NCBI GenBank assembly: GCA_030390025.1
Contig: JASTWF010000034.1
Span: 3,906,001 to 3,970,000 of the forward strand
Length of the DNA: 64,000 nt
Source: Squalus acanthias
Lineage: Eukaryota
Reading direction: 5' to 3'
Shown here: one piece after another, positions 1 through 13,139 of the stretch
Layout of the letters: every line of letters starts with the position of its first letter
How positions within the stretch are numbered: position 1 is the first letter of the stretch
The notes under the pieces: model-generated
The model's input: only the letters and a program-made list of their open reading frames with translations
What the model was told of the DNA's origin: nothing
Database searches by the model: none
Translations under genes and position numbers: made by a program

Positions 1-935
1 TACAGGGGGTGTCACGGGAATAGTATACAGGGGGTGTCACGGGTATAGTGTACAGGGGGTGTCACGGGTATAGTATACAGTGGGGTGTCACGGGTATAGT
101 GTACAGGGGGTGTCACGGGTATAGTGTACAGTGGTGGTGTCACAGGGGTATAGTATACAGTGTGATGTCACGGGAATAGTATACAGGGGGGTGTCACGGG
201 GTATAGTGTACAGGGGGGTGTCACGGGAATAGTATACAGGGGGGTGTCACGGGGTATAGTGTACAGGGGCTGTCACGGGAATAGTATACAGGGGGGTGTC
301 ACGGGTATAGAATAGTAGTACAGCACAGAAGGAGGCCATTCGGCCCATCGAGTCTGCACCGGCTCTTTCAAGAGCAATCCAGTTAGTCACACTCCCCCCG
401 CTCTTTCCCCATATCCCTGCAATTTTATTTCCTTCAAGTATTTATCCAATTCCCTTTTGAAGGCTACTACTGACTCTGTATTGACCACCCTATCGGGCAG
501 TGCATTCCAAATCCTAACCAATCATTGCGTAAAAAAGTTTTTGCTCATATCGCCTCTGGTTCTTTAGCCAATCACCTTAAATCTGTGGCCCCTGGTTATC
601 GACCCTTCAGCCATTGGAAACAGTTTCTCTTTATTTACTCTATCTAAACCATTCATGATTTTAAACACCTTCAACAAATCTCTTCTTAGGTATAGTGTAC
701 AGGGGGGTGTCACAGAGGTATAGTATACGGGGGGCATCACAGGGTTATAGTATACAGGTCGCGTCACACGGGTGTAGTGTACAGGGGTTTTCACGGGTAT
801 AGCATAAAGGGGGGTGTCACGGGGTATAGTGTACAGGGGGTGTCACAAGGGTATAGTTTACAGGGGATGTCACGGGTATAGTATACAGAGGTGGTGTCAC
901 AGGGGTATAGTATACAGGGCGTTGTATACGGGGAT
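1..935. repeat. ~28-31 bp G-rich minisatellite (TACAGGGGGTGTCACGGGTATAGTG), split by a CR1 fragment at ~311-688
   Basis: Direct tandem periodicity at 1-310 and 689-935. Confidence 0.9.
311..688 (-). mobile_element. CR1-type LINE 3' end fragment
   Basis: Minus-strand peptide LLKVFKIMNGLDRVNKEKLFPMAEGSITRGHRFK matches the ORF2 C-terminus of the other CR1 copies here, followed by a CR1-like 3' tail. Confidence 0.85.
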
Positions 936-1115
936 ATTTTACAGGGATGATGGAGATACACGAGGGCAGATTCGACAGCGGAGGGGAGGAATTAACAGGG
1001 GGGATAAAAACGGGCAGTTCATGTAGATTGGGGAGTTAGAAATACAGATGGGGGGATAAACGGCAGGGCGGGTGACAGCCGGGGGGTCTAAAAATCGCTG
1101 GTGGTGTGGGTTACA

Positions 1116-1870
1116 CTCACAGGCAGGTACAATATGGGTTAGATGCAGAGTACAGCTCCCTCTACACTGTCCCATCAAACACTCCCAGGGCAGGTAAAGC
1201 ACGGGTTAGATACAGAGTAAAGCTCCCTCTACACTGTCCTATCAAACACTCACAGGGCAGGTACAGCACGGGTGAGATACAAAGTAAAGCTCCCTCTACA
1301 CTGTCCCATCAAACACTCCCAGGCCAGGTACAGCACGGGTTAGATACATAGTACAGCTCTCACTACACTGTCCCATCAAACACTCCCAGGCCAGGTACAG
1401 CACGGGTTAGATACATAGTACAGCTCCCTCTACACTGTCCCATCAAACACTCCCAGGGCAGGTACAGCCCGGGTTGCATACAGGGTAAAGCTCCCTCTAC
1501 ACTGTCCCATCAAACACTCCCAGGGCAGGTACAACACGGGGTTAGATACAGAATAAAGCTCCCTCTACACTCTCCCATCAAACACTCCCAGGGCAGGTAC
1601 AGCACGGGTTAGATTCAGAGTAAAGCTCCCTCTACACTGTCCCATCAAACACTCCCAGGGCAGGTACAGCACGGGTTAGATACAGAGTAAAGCTCCCTCT
1701 ACACTGTCCCATCAAACACTCCCAGGGCAGGTACAGCCCGGGTTGCATACAGGGTAAAGCTCCCTCTACACTGTCCCATCAAACACTCCCAGGGCAGGAA
1801 CAGCACGGGTTTGATACAGAGTAAAGCTCCCTCTACATTGTCCCATCAAACACTCCCAGGGCAGGTACAG
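1116..1870 (+). repeat. 67-bp satellite array (CAGGGCAGGTACAGCACGGGTTAGATACAGAGTAAAGCTCCCTCTACACTGTCCCATCAAACACTCC)
   Basis: Period 67 (ACTCCCAGGG at 1181, equivalent at 1248); about 11 copies. Confidence 0.95.
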
Positions 1871-1871
1871 G

Positions 1872-2170
1872 GCTTTGATGATTTAATGGCCATCAATATA
1901 AGATAGTCACTAATAAATCCAACAAAGAATTCAGGAGAAACATCTTTACCCAGCGAGTGGTGAGAATGTGGAACTCGCTGCCACATGGAGTAGTTGAGGC
2001 GAATAACATGAATGCATTTTAGGGGAAGCTGGATCAGTACATGAGGGAGAAAGGAATAGAAGGATATGCGATGAAGTAGGGTGGGAGGAGGCTCGTGTGG
2101 AGCAGAACCACCGGCATGGACCTGTTGGTCTGAATGGCCTGTTTCTGTGCTGTAAATACTATGTAATGTA
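1872..2170 (+). mobile_element. CR1-type LINE 3' fragment
   Basis: Encodes ...EFRRNIFTQRVVRMWNSLP...; ends in GAATGGCCTGTTTCTGTGCTGTA; near-identical to 34135-34420. Confidence 0.85.
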
Positions 2171-2497
2171 ATAGATTAAAGTTCCTTCTACACTGCTCCA
2201 TCAAATACTCCAAGAGCAGGTACAGCATGGGTTCGATACAGGTTAAATCTACTTCTATACTGCCCCATCAAATACTCCAAGAGCAGGTACAGCATGGGTT
2301 AGATACAGGTTAAATCTACTTCTACACTGCCCCATCAAATACTCCAAGAGCAGGTACAGCATGGGTTAGATACAGGTTAAATCTACTTCTACACTGTCCC
2401 ATCAAATACTCCAAGAGCAGGTACAGCATGGGTTAGATACAGGTTAAATCTACTTCTACACTGCCCCATCAAATACTCCAAGAGCAGGTACAGCACA
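2171..2497 (+). repeat. Locally homogenised variant of the 67-bp satellite
   Basis: About 5 copies sharing private substitutions (GGTTAAATCTACTT, AAATACTCCAAGAG). Confidence 0.9.
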
Positions 2498-2660
2498 GAC
2501 CTTCCCTTTTGTTCTTTCCTCCCATTCCCCCTTTCGCTGCCTAGATACATGCTTAAAATCTGTTACATCTGTAACATTTCCAGTTCTGATGAAAGGTCAT
2601 CGAGCTGAAACATTGACTCTGTTTCTCTCTCCACAGATGCTGCCTGACCTGCTGAGCAAT
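2498..2660 (+). mobile_element. Penelope-like terminal repeat fragment with a minimal hammerhead ribozyme core (2586-2615)
   Basis: CTGATGA-AAGGTCATCGAGCT-GAAAC followed by GATGCTGCCTGACCTGCTGAG; related copies at 6016-6145, 16471-16606 and 22170-22445. The Penelope assignment comes from the known PLE/hammerhead association. Confidence 0.65.
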
Positions 2661-2814
2661 GTTCCCTGGAAGGTTCTTGGCCGCGCGGCAATCTCTAAGA
2701 TCCTGTGCACTTAAATTCACAGGCCGCACAGTGAGCTGGATCGGGCGGAGGGACCCAATACCCAAACACCCGGGATGCAAAGTAAAGCTCCGTCTGCACT
2801 GTCCCATCAAACGT

Positions 2815-2900
2815 GAGAGGTCGCACAACACCAGGTTATAGTCCAACCGTTTTATTTGAAATCACAAGCTTTCGGAGCTATCGATCGCCCCTTCCTCAGG
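2815..2900 (-). mobile_element. Second-family Penelope-like terminus with hammerhead core
   Basis: Minus strand reads CTGAGGA-AGGGGC...GCTCC-GAAAGCTTGTG...AATAAA...GGACTATAACCTGGTGTTGTG. Confidence 0.6.
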
Positions 2901-3830
2901 GCAATAACAGCACGGGTTATATAAAGATTAAAGCTCTCTGCACTGTCCCATCAAACATTCCCAGGGCAATAACAGCACGGGTTATATAAAGATTAAAGCT
3001 CTCTGCACTGTCCCATCAAACATTCCCAGGGCAATAACAGCACGGGTTATATAAAGATTAAAGCTCTCTGCACTGTCCCATCAAACATTCCCAGGGCAAT
3101 AACAGCACTGGTTATATAAAGATTAAAGCTCTCTGTACTGTCCCATCAAACATTCCCCGGGCAATAACAGCACGGGTTATATAAAGATTAAAGCTCTCTG
3201 CACTGTCCCATCAAACATTCCCAGGGCAATAACAGCACGGGTTATATAAAGAATAAAGCTCTCTGCACTGTCCCATCAAACATTCCCCGGGCAATAACTG
3301 CACGGGTTATATAAAGATTAAAGCTCTCTGCACTGTCCCATCAAACATTCCCCGGGCAATAACAGCACGGGTTATATAAAGATTAAAGCTCCGTCTGCAC
3401 TGTCCCATCAAACATTCCCAGGGCAATAACAGCACGGGTTATATAAAGATTAAAGGTCCGTCTGCACTGTCCCATCAAAGATTCCCAGGGCAATAACAGC
3501 ACGGGTTATATAAAGATTAAAGCTCTCTGCACTGTCGCATCAAACATTCCCAGGGTAATAACAGCACAGGTTATATAAAGATTAAAGCTCTCTGCACTGT
3601 CCCATCAAACATTCCCCGGGCAATAACAGCACGGGTTATATAAAGATTAAAGCTCTCTGCACTGTCCCAATCAAACATTCCCCGGGCAATAACAGCACGG
3701 GTTATATAAAGATTAAAGCTCTCTGCACTGTCCCAACTAAATGCTCCCAGGGCAATAACAGCACGGGTTATATAAAGATTAAAGCTCTCTGCACTGTCCC
3801 AATCAAATGCTCCCAGGGCAAGTACAGCAC
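2899..3830 (+). repeat. 65-bp homogenised variant of the 67-bp satellite
   Basis: Period 65 (AAGCTCTCTG at 2931 and 2996); about 14 copies. Confidence 0.92.
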
Positions 3831-5149
3831 TGATTCCAACTCATCGCCAGTGCTGGGGAGAGAAAATCTCGCCGCCTTCTTAGCAAGTTTAACCATGTTA
3901 CTCACTTTCTGATTTGAGCTCCGATTGGAATTAGACTTTATTTTATTTTTGTTGTTGTATGTTTAACGATAGCATTGAAGGGGGAAATAGAAACTTGGAG
4001 CAACTTCTTCTGTCAAAGCTGCAATGAGACTTGAAAGAATTTAAAGATTTTAATGAACTTTTCACAATAAATGAGTGTTAAAAGCATTTCCCCCCCTAAG
4101 TTTGAATATGATTTTGGAAGAAACAGAAGGAAAAGTCAATTTCCTCCTCATCTAAACAAGTTTCAACCAGGTCTTGAAGTTCAAACGTTTTTAAAGAGGT
4201 TCTGAAATGCTTAAAATGTTTTAAAATTGAATTTTCTCAATTTTTGATTGTGAGCGATCAAGTGAAGAGATTAGCTTTACACAAACATGCAACCATGGTG
4301 TTGAGGAGGGGGAGGGCAGGGGAGGATTTGTAGGAGTTACATATTACTTTTAAATGAATTAAAAATATACCATTAAGAGATATAGGAAGAGAACGAAACA
4401 ATGGAAAAACACAAAACCTTTTATTTTGCCTGTCGTTCTGTAGTCCTAAAAAGTCACAGGAATAATGTAAATATAGATTTCCTCTTAAACATTTAGGGAA
4501 GTGTTAACAGAAACAAGAGATGTGTGATGATGTATAAAAATTGCAGGGAACTATTTTATTTGTTTATTGAGAAAGACACAGAAAATACTTTGATTAAACT
4601 GATGACGTACAATTCGATTGAATGTTTGATATGGGAGATTAAAAATTGTGAGTACAATGAGGTTTGTTCCCCGCTTTTAATTGTGAAGTACCTAAAATAA
4701 TTCAACATTTTTCTTGATAAGAGCAGGAATAATATTGTGGAGAATGTTTGAGAGAAAAACACTGTGAGCGAAATTGGTAAATTCTAAATCTTTACATCAA
4801 CATATGAGTAAACATTTCCTAGTCAGTCTGACTGGTTCTCCTGTCCAGAAAGAAAGACAGATGTTTATTTCTGTTACATCACCGTTTTTCCTGCTTTTTG
4901 TTTAGAATTCAGTGACACAAATTGTGTATGTGTTTGTCTGCACTTGTGAATAAGTGCTGCATTTCTGACCTGTTACATGGGTGGTGTGCTGGTTCAAGAA
5001 GACCACGTTTATTCATGGTAGTTATTGAAGTTGAAAATACGGATACCCATTTTGTTCAGTGCTTTTTAATACTGCGAATTTAAGAACTACGACACTTTAT
5101 ATTTGTTGATTGTCTGGTTGCATTGTGATTAATATTCTAATAACTTACG

Positions 5150-5970
5150 TGGACGTAACATGTGGATGGAATATAATGCTGAGAAATGTGAAGTTATCCA
5201 CTTTGCTTTTCTATTTTTCCTCCTAGATTATTTTTTAAATGGTGAGAGATTGGGAAATGTTTGTATTCAGAGGGACCTGGGTGTCCTTGTACACAAATCA
5301 CTGAACTTTAACCTGCAGGTACAGCAAGCAATTAGGAAAGCAAATGGTATGTTGGCCGTCATTACAAGAGGATTTGAGTATAAAAGTAAAGACGTCTTAT
5401 TTCAATTATACTGGGCGCTGGTGAGATACAGTGTTGGGCTCCTTACCGAAAGAAGCATATACTTATCAAAGAGGGAGTGCAAGGAAGGTTCACCAGGCTG
5501 GTTCCTGGGATGGGGGGATTGTCCTATGAGGAGAGATTGAGTAGACGAAGCCTATATTCTCTAGAGTTTAGAAGAATGAGGTGTGATCTATTTGAAACAT
5601 ACAAAATGCTTACTATGCTTGACTGGTTAGATGCAGGGAGGATGTTTCCCCTGGTCTGGGAGTCTAGAACCAGGGGTCACAGTCTCAGAATAAGGGGTCT
5701 GCCTTTTAGGACTGAAATGAGGAGAAATTTCTTCATTCAGAGGGTGGTGAATCCTTGGAATTCTATAGCCCAGAGAGCTGTGGAGACTCAGTCATTGAGT
5801 ATATTCAAGACACAGATCGATAGATTGTTGAATATTGAGGGAATCAAGGGATATGGGGATAGTGCAGGAAAGTGGAGATGAGGTAGAAGAACAGCCATGA
5901 TCATATTGAATGGCGGAGCAGGCTCGAAGGGCCAAATGGCCTACTCCTGCTCCTATTTCTTATGTTCTTA
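5150..5970 (+). mobile_element. 5'-truncated CR1 LINE (ORF2 C-terminus + 3' UTR), frameshifted
   Basis: WMEYNAEKCEVIHF...RDLGVLVH...KANGML; RRNFFIQRVVN.WN; tail CCTACTCCTGCTCCTATTTCTTATG. Confidence 0.92.
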
Positions 5971-6015
5971 AAGCTCCCTCAATACTGTCCCATCAAATAA
6001 TTCCAGGCAGGCGCA

Positions 6016-6145
6016 CAAAAAGCAAAATACTGTGGATGCTGGAAATCTGAAGTAAAAACAGAAAATGCTGGAAATACTCAGCAGGTCAGCAGCATCTGTG
6101 GAGAGAGAAAGAGAGTTAACGTTTCAGGTCGCAGACCTTTCATTG
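6016..6145 (-). mobile_element. Penelope-like terminal repeat fragment
   Basis: Reverse complement of the 2498-2660 family, including AAGGTCTGCGACCTGAAACGTTAAC. Confidence 0.6.
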
Positions 6146-6184
6146 TAACAGGCAGGTACCCATGGATTAGACAAAGAGTAATGG

Positions 6185-7877
6185 ACCACTCACCTCACTT
6201 TAACACTCTGATATACCCCACACCATTCACTTTAACACTCTGATATACCCCACACCATTCACTTTAACACACTGATATACCCCACACCATTCACTTTAAC
6301 TCTCTGATATACCCCACACCATTCACTTTAACACTCTGATATACCCCACACCATTCACTGTAACTCTGATATACCCCACACCTTTCACTTTAACACTCTG
6401 ATATACCCCACACCATTCACTTTAACTCTCTGATATACCCCACACCATTCACTTTAACACTCTGATACACCCCACACCTTTCAGTTTAACACTCTGATAT
6501 ACCCACACCATTCACTTTAACACTCTGATATACCCCACACCATTCACTTTAACACTCTGATATACCCCACACCATTCACTTTAACACTCTGATATACCCC
6601 ACACCATTTACTTTAACACTCTGATATACCCCACACGATTCACTTTAACACTCTGATATACCCCACACCATTCACTTTAACACTCTGATATACCCCACAC
6701 CTTTCACTTTAACACTGATATACCCCACACCATTCACTTTAACACTCTAATATATCCCACACCTTTCACTTTAACACTCTGATATACCCCACAACCCTCA
6801 CTGTAACACTCAGATACTGAACACCCCTCACTGCAACACTAATATACCCCACATCAATCACTGTAATAATCTGATATACCCCACAACCCCTCACTGTAAC
6901 ACTCTGATATAAACCACACCCCCCACTATAACAATGGTATAGCCCACACTCCTGACTCTAACACTCTTACATACCACACATCTTACACACCGTTTTACCC
7001 CACGCCACTCACTGTAACACTGATATACTCCATACCGCTCACTGTAACACCCTGATATACCCGACACCCCTCCACTTAACACACTGATATAACCCCATAC
7101 CCCTGACTGTTACACTCTGATATACACCACACCCCTCACTGTAACACTCTGATATGCCCAACACCGGTCATTATATTACTCTGATGTACCCCATACCCGT
7201 AACTGTAGCACTCTGATGCAAATCCACTCTCCTGACTACAACACTCTGATATACCCCACACATGCCTTCGTGTAACACACCGATATACCCCACACCCCTT
7301 ATGCTAACACTCTGATATACGCCGCTCCCCTCACTTTAACACTCTGATATACCCCACACCCCTCACTGTAACACTTTGATATACCCAACAACCATCAATA
7401 TACCACACACCACTCACTGTAAGACTCTGTTATACCCCACACCATTCACTTAAATTCTCTTACATATCACACACCTCTCACTTTAACACTCTGATATACC
7501 CCACTCACCTCACTTTAACACTCTGATATACCCCACACCATTCACTGTAACACTTTGATATACCCAACAACTATCAAAGTAACACTCTGATATACCACAC
7601 ACCCCTCGCTGTAAAACTTTGATATACCCCACACCCCTCACTGTAATACTCTGTTATACCCCACACCCCTCGCTGTAAAACTGTGATTTACACGACACCT
7701 CTCACTGTAATACTGATATACACCACGCCCTTCATGTAACACACTGATATACCCCACACGACTCACTTTAACTATCTGAATAACCCCACACCCTTCACTG
7801 TAACACTGACATATACCCCACATGTCTCACTGTAACTCTCTGATTTAACCCTTACACCTCACTGCAACACACTGATA
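6185..7877. repeat. ~31-bp minisatellite (CACTKTAACACTCTGATATACCCCACACC)
   Basis: Direct tandem periodicity; homogeneous at 6190-6790, more diverged after. Confidence 0.95.
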
Positions 7878-8995
7878 TGAAGGGATAATTACTAGTCCTA
7901 GCACCTTTAGGGCTACCCCGGATCAGGCATATTCCTCAGATGTTCACTTTCAACTAAACTTTGAGGTAGCAGAATCCTAAAGATGCTTAATTGGGTCTAA
8001 AGGTCCAGACTATCTCTCCCGAAAGGAAAGGAACAACCTGAAAATGTTACCGTCCTCCAGATAGCACTTTTAATAAGTTTAGCTAGACTGTAACGTTCCG
8101 GATATTATGAGGGTCCGGAGAACTTCCCAGAATTCTGCAACTCCTCACCAAAGAGTGCACAGTGATTGAGTTCGCGAGCTTGATACAGAAGTCTTATGTG
8201 AGAGAATTCTAAAAATATATAGATTTATTAAAGAACCGGCATGTAATTTACAGTTGGTGAGTCAATCGCAACATTAACAGTTCAAAAAAGAGAAAACTTA
8301 CATTTCTATTATCAGAGAACCTTACTTTCAAATCTTAACTTCGCTACAGTTTTACAGTTCTTAGTTTTTTACAGGATATCCACCAAAAACAAATACCTTT
8401 GACACCCGAGGAGCAAAGAGTTGGAGACATACAGAGCCGCCTCTGAAGCCAAGAATCAACTTTTCCCTTTAAAGCGAGTCTACTATCCCATTTGAGAATT
8501 CAACATTTTTACCCTTTTCAGTGGTATTTCCTTTAAGGTTTTCTGCTGATGTAAGCTAATTATCTCTGGTCATTTTTCTGCTGACCCCTGCAATTCTTAC
8601 AGTCACCACAGCTGGTAGCATTACAGAATTGTATCGATTCTCCAGGTGTTCTAAATTTCCCATAACAAAACGGTGTAACGGCAGGTGCGTTTTACTTTAT
8701 GTCATTTTTACGAAGGCAGATGTTTGTGCTTATTTACGAAGTGTAAATTGGAACACCTTAACCAGCGTGAACCATTGTCTTGTTCCAAAAGGTCAGCCTT
8801 TAACCTTCTGTTTCAATAAGGTTATTGATTCAGTTTCAACAACTATCTTATCGCTATAGCCAGAAAGCTTTCACAGCTTTTTCATAGTTAGGTTTCTAGA
8901 TTTCCAGACCCAGTTTGTCATATTTTAATAAGGCCAGAATTCTTTGATAAAATTGTGTATTTTCCTGAATAGGTTATATGGCTTACTCCGTCACA
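7878..8995 (-). mobile_element. Probable solo LTR (~1.12 kb) inserted in the minisatellite
   Basis: Unique block starting TG and ending CA, flanked by GATA/AATA (imperfect 4-bp TSD); minus-strand AATAAA at ~8224-8229; no coding capacity; minisatellite resumes on both sides. Confidence 0.6.
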
Positions 8996-9735
8996 AATAA
9001 ACCACACACCTATCTGCAACAATCTGATATACCCCTCACACCCTCACTGTAACACACTTACAGACACGACACCCCTCACTGTAACAATGTGATATACACC
9101 ACACCCCTCACTGTAACACTGATATAGCTCACACCCTCACTGTAACACACTGATAGACACGACACCCCTCACTGTAACACTGATATACCACAAACCCCTC
9201 CCTGTAACCCACTGATATACCTCACACCCCTACCTGTGACATGCTGATATACCCCACACCCCTCACTGTAACACTGATATAGCTCACACCCTCACTGTAA
9301 CACACTGATAGACACGACACGCCTCACTGTAACAATGTGATATACACCACACCCCTCACTGTAACACTCTGATATACGACAAACCACTCACTGTAACCCA
9401 CTGATATACCTCACACCCCTACCTGTGACACGCTGATAAACCCCACACCCCTCACTGTAATGCTCTGATATACCCCACACCACTCACTGTAACACTCTGA
9501 TGTACCCCACACACATCACTGTAATAATCTGATATACACCACACCCCTCACTATAACACTTTGATATACCCCACACCACTCATTGTAACACTCTGATGTA
9601 CCCCACACCCATCACTGTAATAATCTGATATACCCCACACCCCTCACTATAACACTCTGATATAAACCACACCCCTCACTGTAACACTCTAATATACCCG
9701 ATACTCCTGATTATAACACTCTCTTACATACCCCA
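8996..9735. repeat. ~31-bp minisatellite, continued
   Basis: Same unit as 6185-7877. Confidence 0.92.
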
Positions 9736-10560
9736 AGGAAGGCTAATGGTATGCTGGCCTTCATTACAAGAGGATTTGAGTACAGGAGTAAAGAAGTCTT
9801 ATTCCCTTTATATAGGGCCTTGGTGAGACCACATCTGGAGTACTGTGTACAATTTTGTTCTCCTAACCTAAGGAAGGATAAACTTGCCAAAGAGGGAGTG
9901 CAACGAAGGTTCACGAGATTGATTCCTGGGAAGGCGGGACTGCCGTATGAGAAGAGATTGAGTGAACTATACCTGTATTCTCTTGAATTCAGAAGAATGA
10001 GTGGGGATCTCATTGAAGCATAAACAATTATTACAGGGCTTGATAGGTTGGATGCTGGGAGAATGTTTCCCTTGGCTGGGGAGTCTAGAACCAGGGCCCA
10101 CAGCTTCATGTAAAGGGTAGGCCATTCAGGACTGAGATGAGAAGCATAGAAACATTGAAGATAGGAGCAGGAGTAGGCCATTCGGCCCCTCGAGCCTGCT
10201 CCATCATTCAATGCGATCATGGCTGATCATCCAAATTCAGTACCCTGTACGTGCTTTCTCCCCATATCCCTTGATCCCTTTAGCCTTAAGAAATATATTT
10301 AACTCTAATAAAGACATTTCTTCACACAGAGGGTAGTGAATCTTTGGAATTCCCTACCCCAGAGGGCTGTGGAGGCTCAGTCATTGGGCATATTCAAAAC
10401 AGAAGTCGATAGGTATCTGCCTAGTAAGGGCATCAAGGGATATCGAGATAAGGCCGGTGAATGGAATTGAGGCAGAAAATCAGCCATGATCGCATTGAAT
10501 GGCAGAGCAGGCTCAAGGGGCCGAATGGCCTACTCCTGCTCCTATTTCTTACTTTCTTAA
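9736..10560 (+). mobile_element. 5'-truncated CR1 LINE with a nested antisense CR1 3' tail at ~10145-10308
   Basis: KANGMLAFITRGFEYRSKEV...RPHLEYCVQF; the nested piece matches 28986-29150 and the reverse complement of 61600-61745. Confidence 0.9.
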
Positions 10561-12665
10561 ACCTCTCACTGTAACACACCGTTTTACCCCAGGCCCCTCA
10601 TTGTAACACTCTCTGATATACTCCATACCCCTCACTGTAACACTCTGATATACCCGACACCCATCAATGTAAAACACTCATATAAGCCCACACCCCTCAC
10701 CGTAACACTCTGATATACCCAACACCCCTCACTGTAACACTCTCTGATATACTCCACACCCCTCATTGTAACACTCTCTGATATACTCCACACCCCTCAC
10801 TGTAACACTCTCTGATATACTCCAGACCTCTCACTGGATCACTCTCTGATATACTCCACACCTCTCACTGTAACACTCTCTGATATACTCCACACCTCTC
10901 ACTGTAACACTGATATACCCCACACCTCTCACTGTAACACTCTCTGATATACCCCACACCCCTCACTGTAACACTCTCTGATATACCACTCAACCCTCAC
11001 TGTAACAAACTGATATACACCACACCCCTCACTGTAACACACTGAAATACCCCACACCCCTCACTGTAACACTGATATACCCCTCACCCCTCACTGTAAC
11101 ACTCTGATATACCCCACACCCGTCACTGTAACATTCTGATATACCCCACACCCCTCACTGTAACACTGTCTGATATACCCCACACCCCTCAATGTAACAC
11201 TCTGATATACCCGACACCCCTCACTGTAACACTGATATACCCGACACCCCTCACTGTAACACTGATATACCCCACACCCCTCACTGTAACACTCTGATAT
11301 ACCCAACACCCCTCACTGTAACACTCTCTGATATTCTCCAGACCCCTCACTGGATCACTCTCTGATATACTCCACACCTCTCACTGTAACACTCTCTGAT
11401 ATACTCCACACCTCTCACTGTAACACTGATATACCCCACACCTCTCACTGTAACACTCTCTGATATACCCCACACCCCTCACTGTAACACTCTCTGATAT
11501 ACCACACAGCCCTCACTGTAACAAACTGATATACCCACACCCCTCACTGTAAAACACACATGTAAACCCACACCCCTCACTGTAACACTCTGTTATACCC
11601 CACACCCCTCACTGTAACACTCTGATATACCCAACACCCCTCACTGTAACACTCTCTGATATACTCCATACCCCTCGCTGTAACACTGTCTGATATACCC
11701 CACACCTCTCACTGTAACACTCTCTGATATACCCCACACCCCTCACTGTAACACTCTGATATACCCGACACCCCTCACTGTAACACTGATATACCCGACA
11801 CCCCTCACTGTAACACTGATATACCCCACACCCCTCACTGTAACACTCTGATATACCCAACACCCCTCACTGTAACACTCTCTGATGTACTCCATCCCCT
11901 CACTGTAACACTGTCTGATGTACCCCACACCTCTCACTGTAACACTCTGATATACTCCATACCCCTCGCTGTAACACTCTCTGATATACCCCACACCCCT
12001 CACTGTAACACTCTCTGATATACTCCATACCCCTCACTGTAAAACTCTCTGATATACTCCACACCCCTCACTGTAACACTCTCTGATATACTCCACACCC
12101 CTCACTGTAACACTCTCTGATATACCCCACACTCCTCACTGTAACACTCTCTGATATACCCGACACCCCTCGCTGTAACACTCTGATATACCCGACACCC
12201 CTCAATGTAAAACTTTCATATAAACTCACACCCCTTATTGTAACACTCTGTTACACACCACACCTCTCACAGTAACACTGTGTTAATTAACCCAACACTG
12301 CTCATTGTATTACTGTGATGTACCCCACACCTCTCACTGTAACACTCTGATATACCCGACAACCCTCAGTGTAAAACACTCATATAAACCCACACCCCTG
12401 ACTGTAACACTCTGTTACACACCACACCCCTCCCTGTAACACTCTGATATACCCAACACCGTTCATTGTATTACTCTGATGTACCCCACACCCCTCACTG
12501 TAGCACTTTCATGTAAACCCACGCCCCTGACTATAACACTCTGATATACCCCACACATCCTTACAGTAACACACTGATATACCTCACACACCTCTCTGTA
12601 CCACTCTGATATACCCCTTACTTTAATTCTCTCTTACATATTCAAAACCTCTCACTGTAACAGAC
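10561..12665. repeat. 29-33 bp minisatellite (CCCCTCACTGTAACACTCTGATATACCCCACA)
   Basis: Direct tandem periodicity. Confidence 0.95.
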
Positions 12666-12949
12666 CGATTGTTGACCGATTGCCGACAAACTGTTGTCAC
12701 TGCCACTTTAATCCCCTGGGCTTCAATTTTGGTAATATGTGATATTTATCAAGCACATTTTGTAATGATTGGGAAATTGGGAATGTGTGAGTAGTATCAA
12801 TCATACAACGATAGAATTGGTGATCCAAGTGGTGTTGACAATTTCTTTAGCGTACTTGACGCCCCGCTCTGATCACAGGCCTCATCTGGTTTCAATCAAT
12901 GAATTATAAAATCATTGATTTTAATCCTATTTTATTATTTCTATGTATT

Positions 12950-13135
12950 TGTTCAAGGGTATGGGTGGCGCTGTCAAGGCCGGTATCACTTGCCCATCCC
13001 TAGTTACCCATGAGAAAACGGTGGGCCTTCATCTTGAGCCGCTGCAGTCCGCGTGGTGATGGTGCTCCCACAATACTGTTGTGGAAGGAATTTCAGCATT
13101 TTGATTCAGTGACGATGAAAGAACGGTGATATTGT
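12950..13135 (-). mobile_element. Diverged LINE 3' end (family with GGGCAATAAATGCTGGC tail)
   Basis: Aligns by eye to 20190-20370 and, inverted, to the SINE tail at 13455-13530. Confidence 0.65.
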
Positions 13136-13139
13136 TGAA

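Noticed and set aside
1116..1870. Telomeric repeat (GGGTTAG in satellite)
   Set aside because: Single heptamer per 67-bp unit, never tandem TTAGGG
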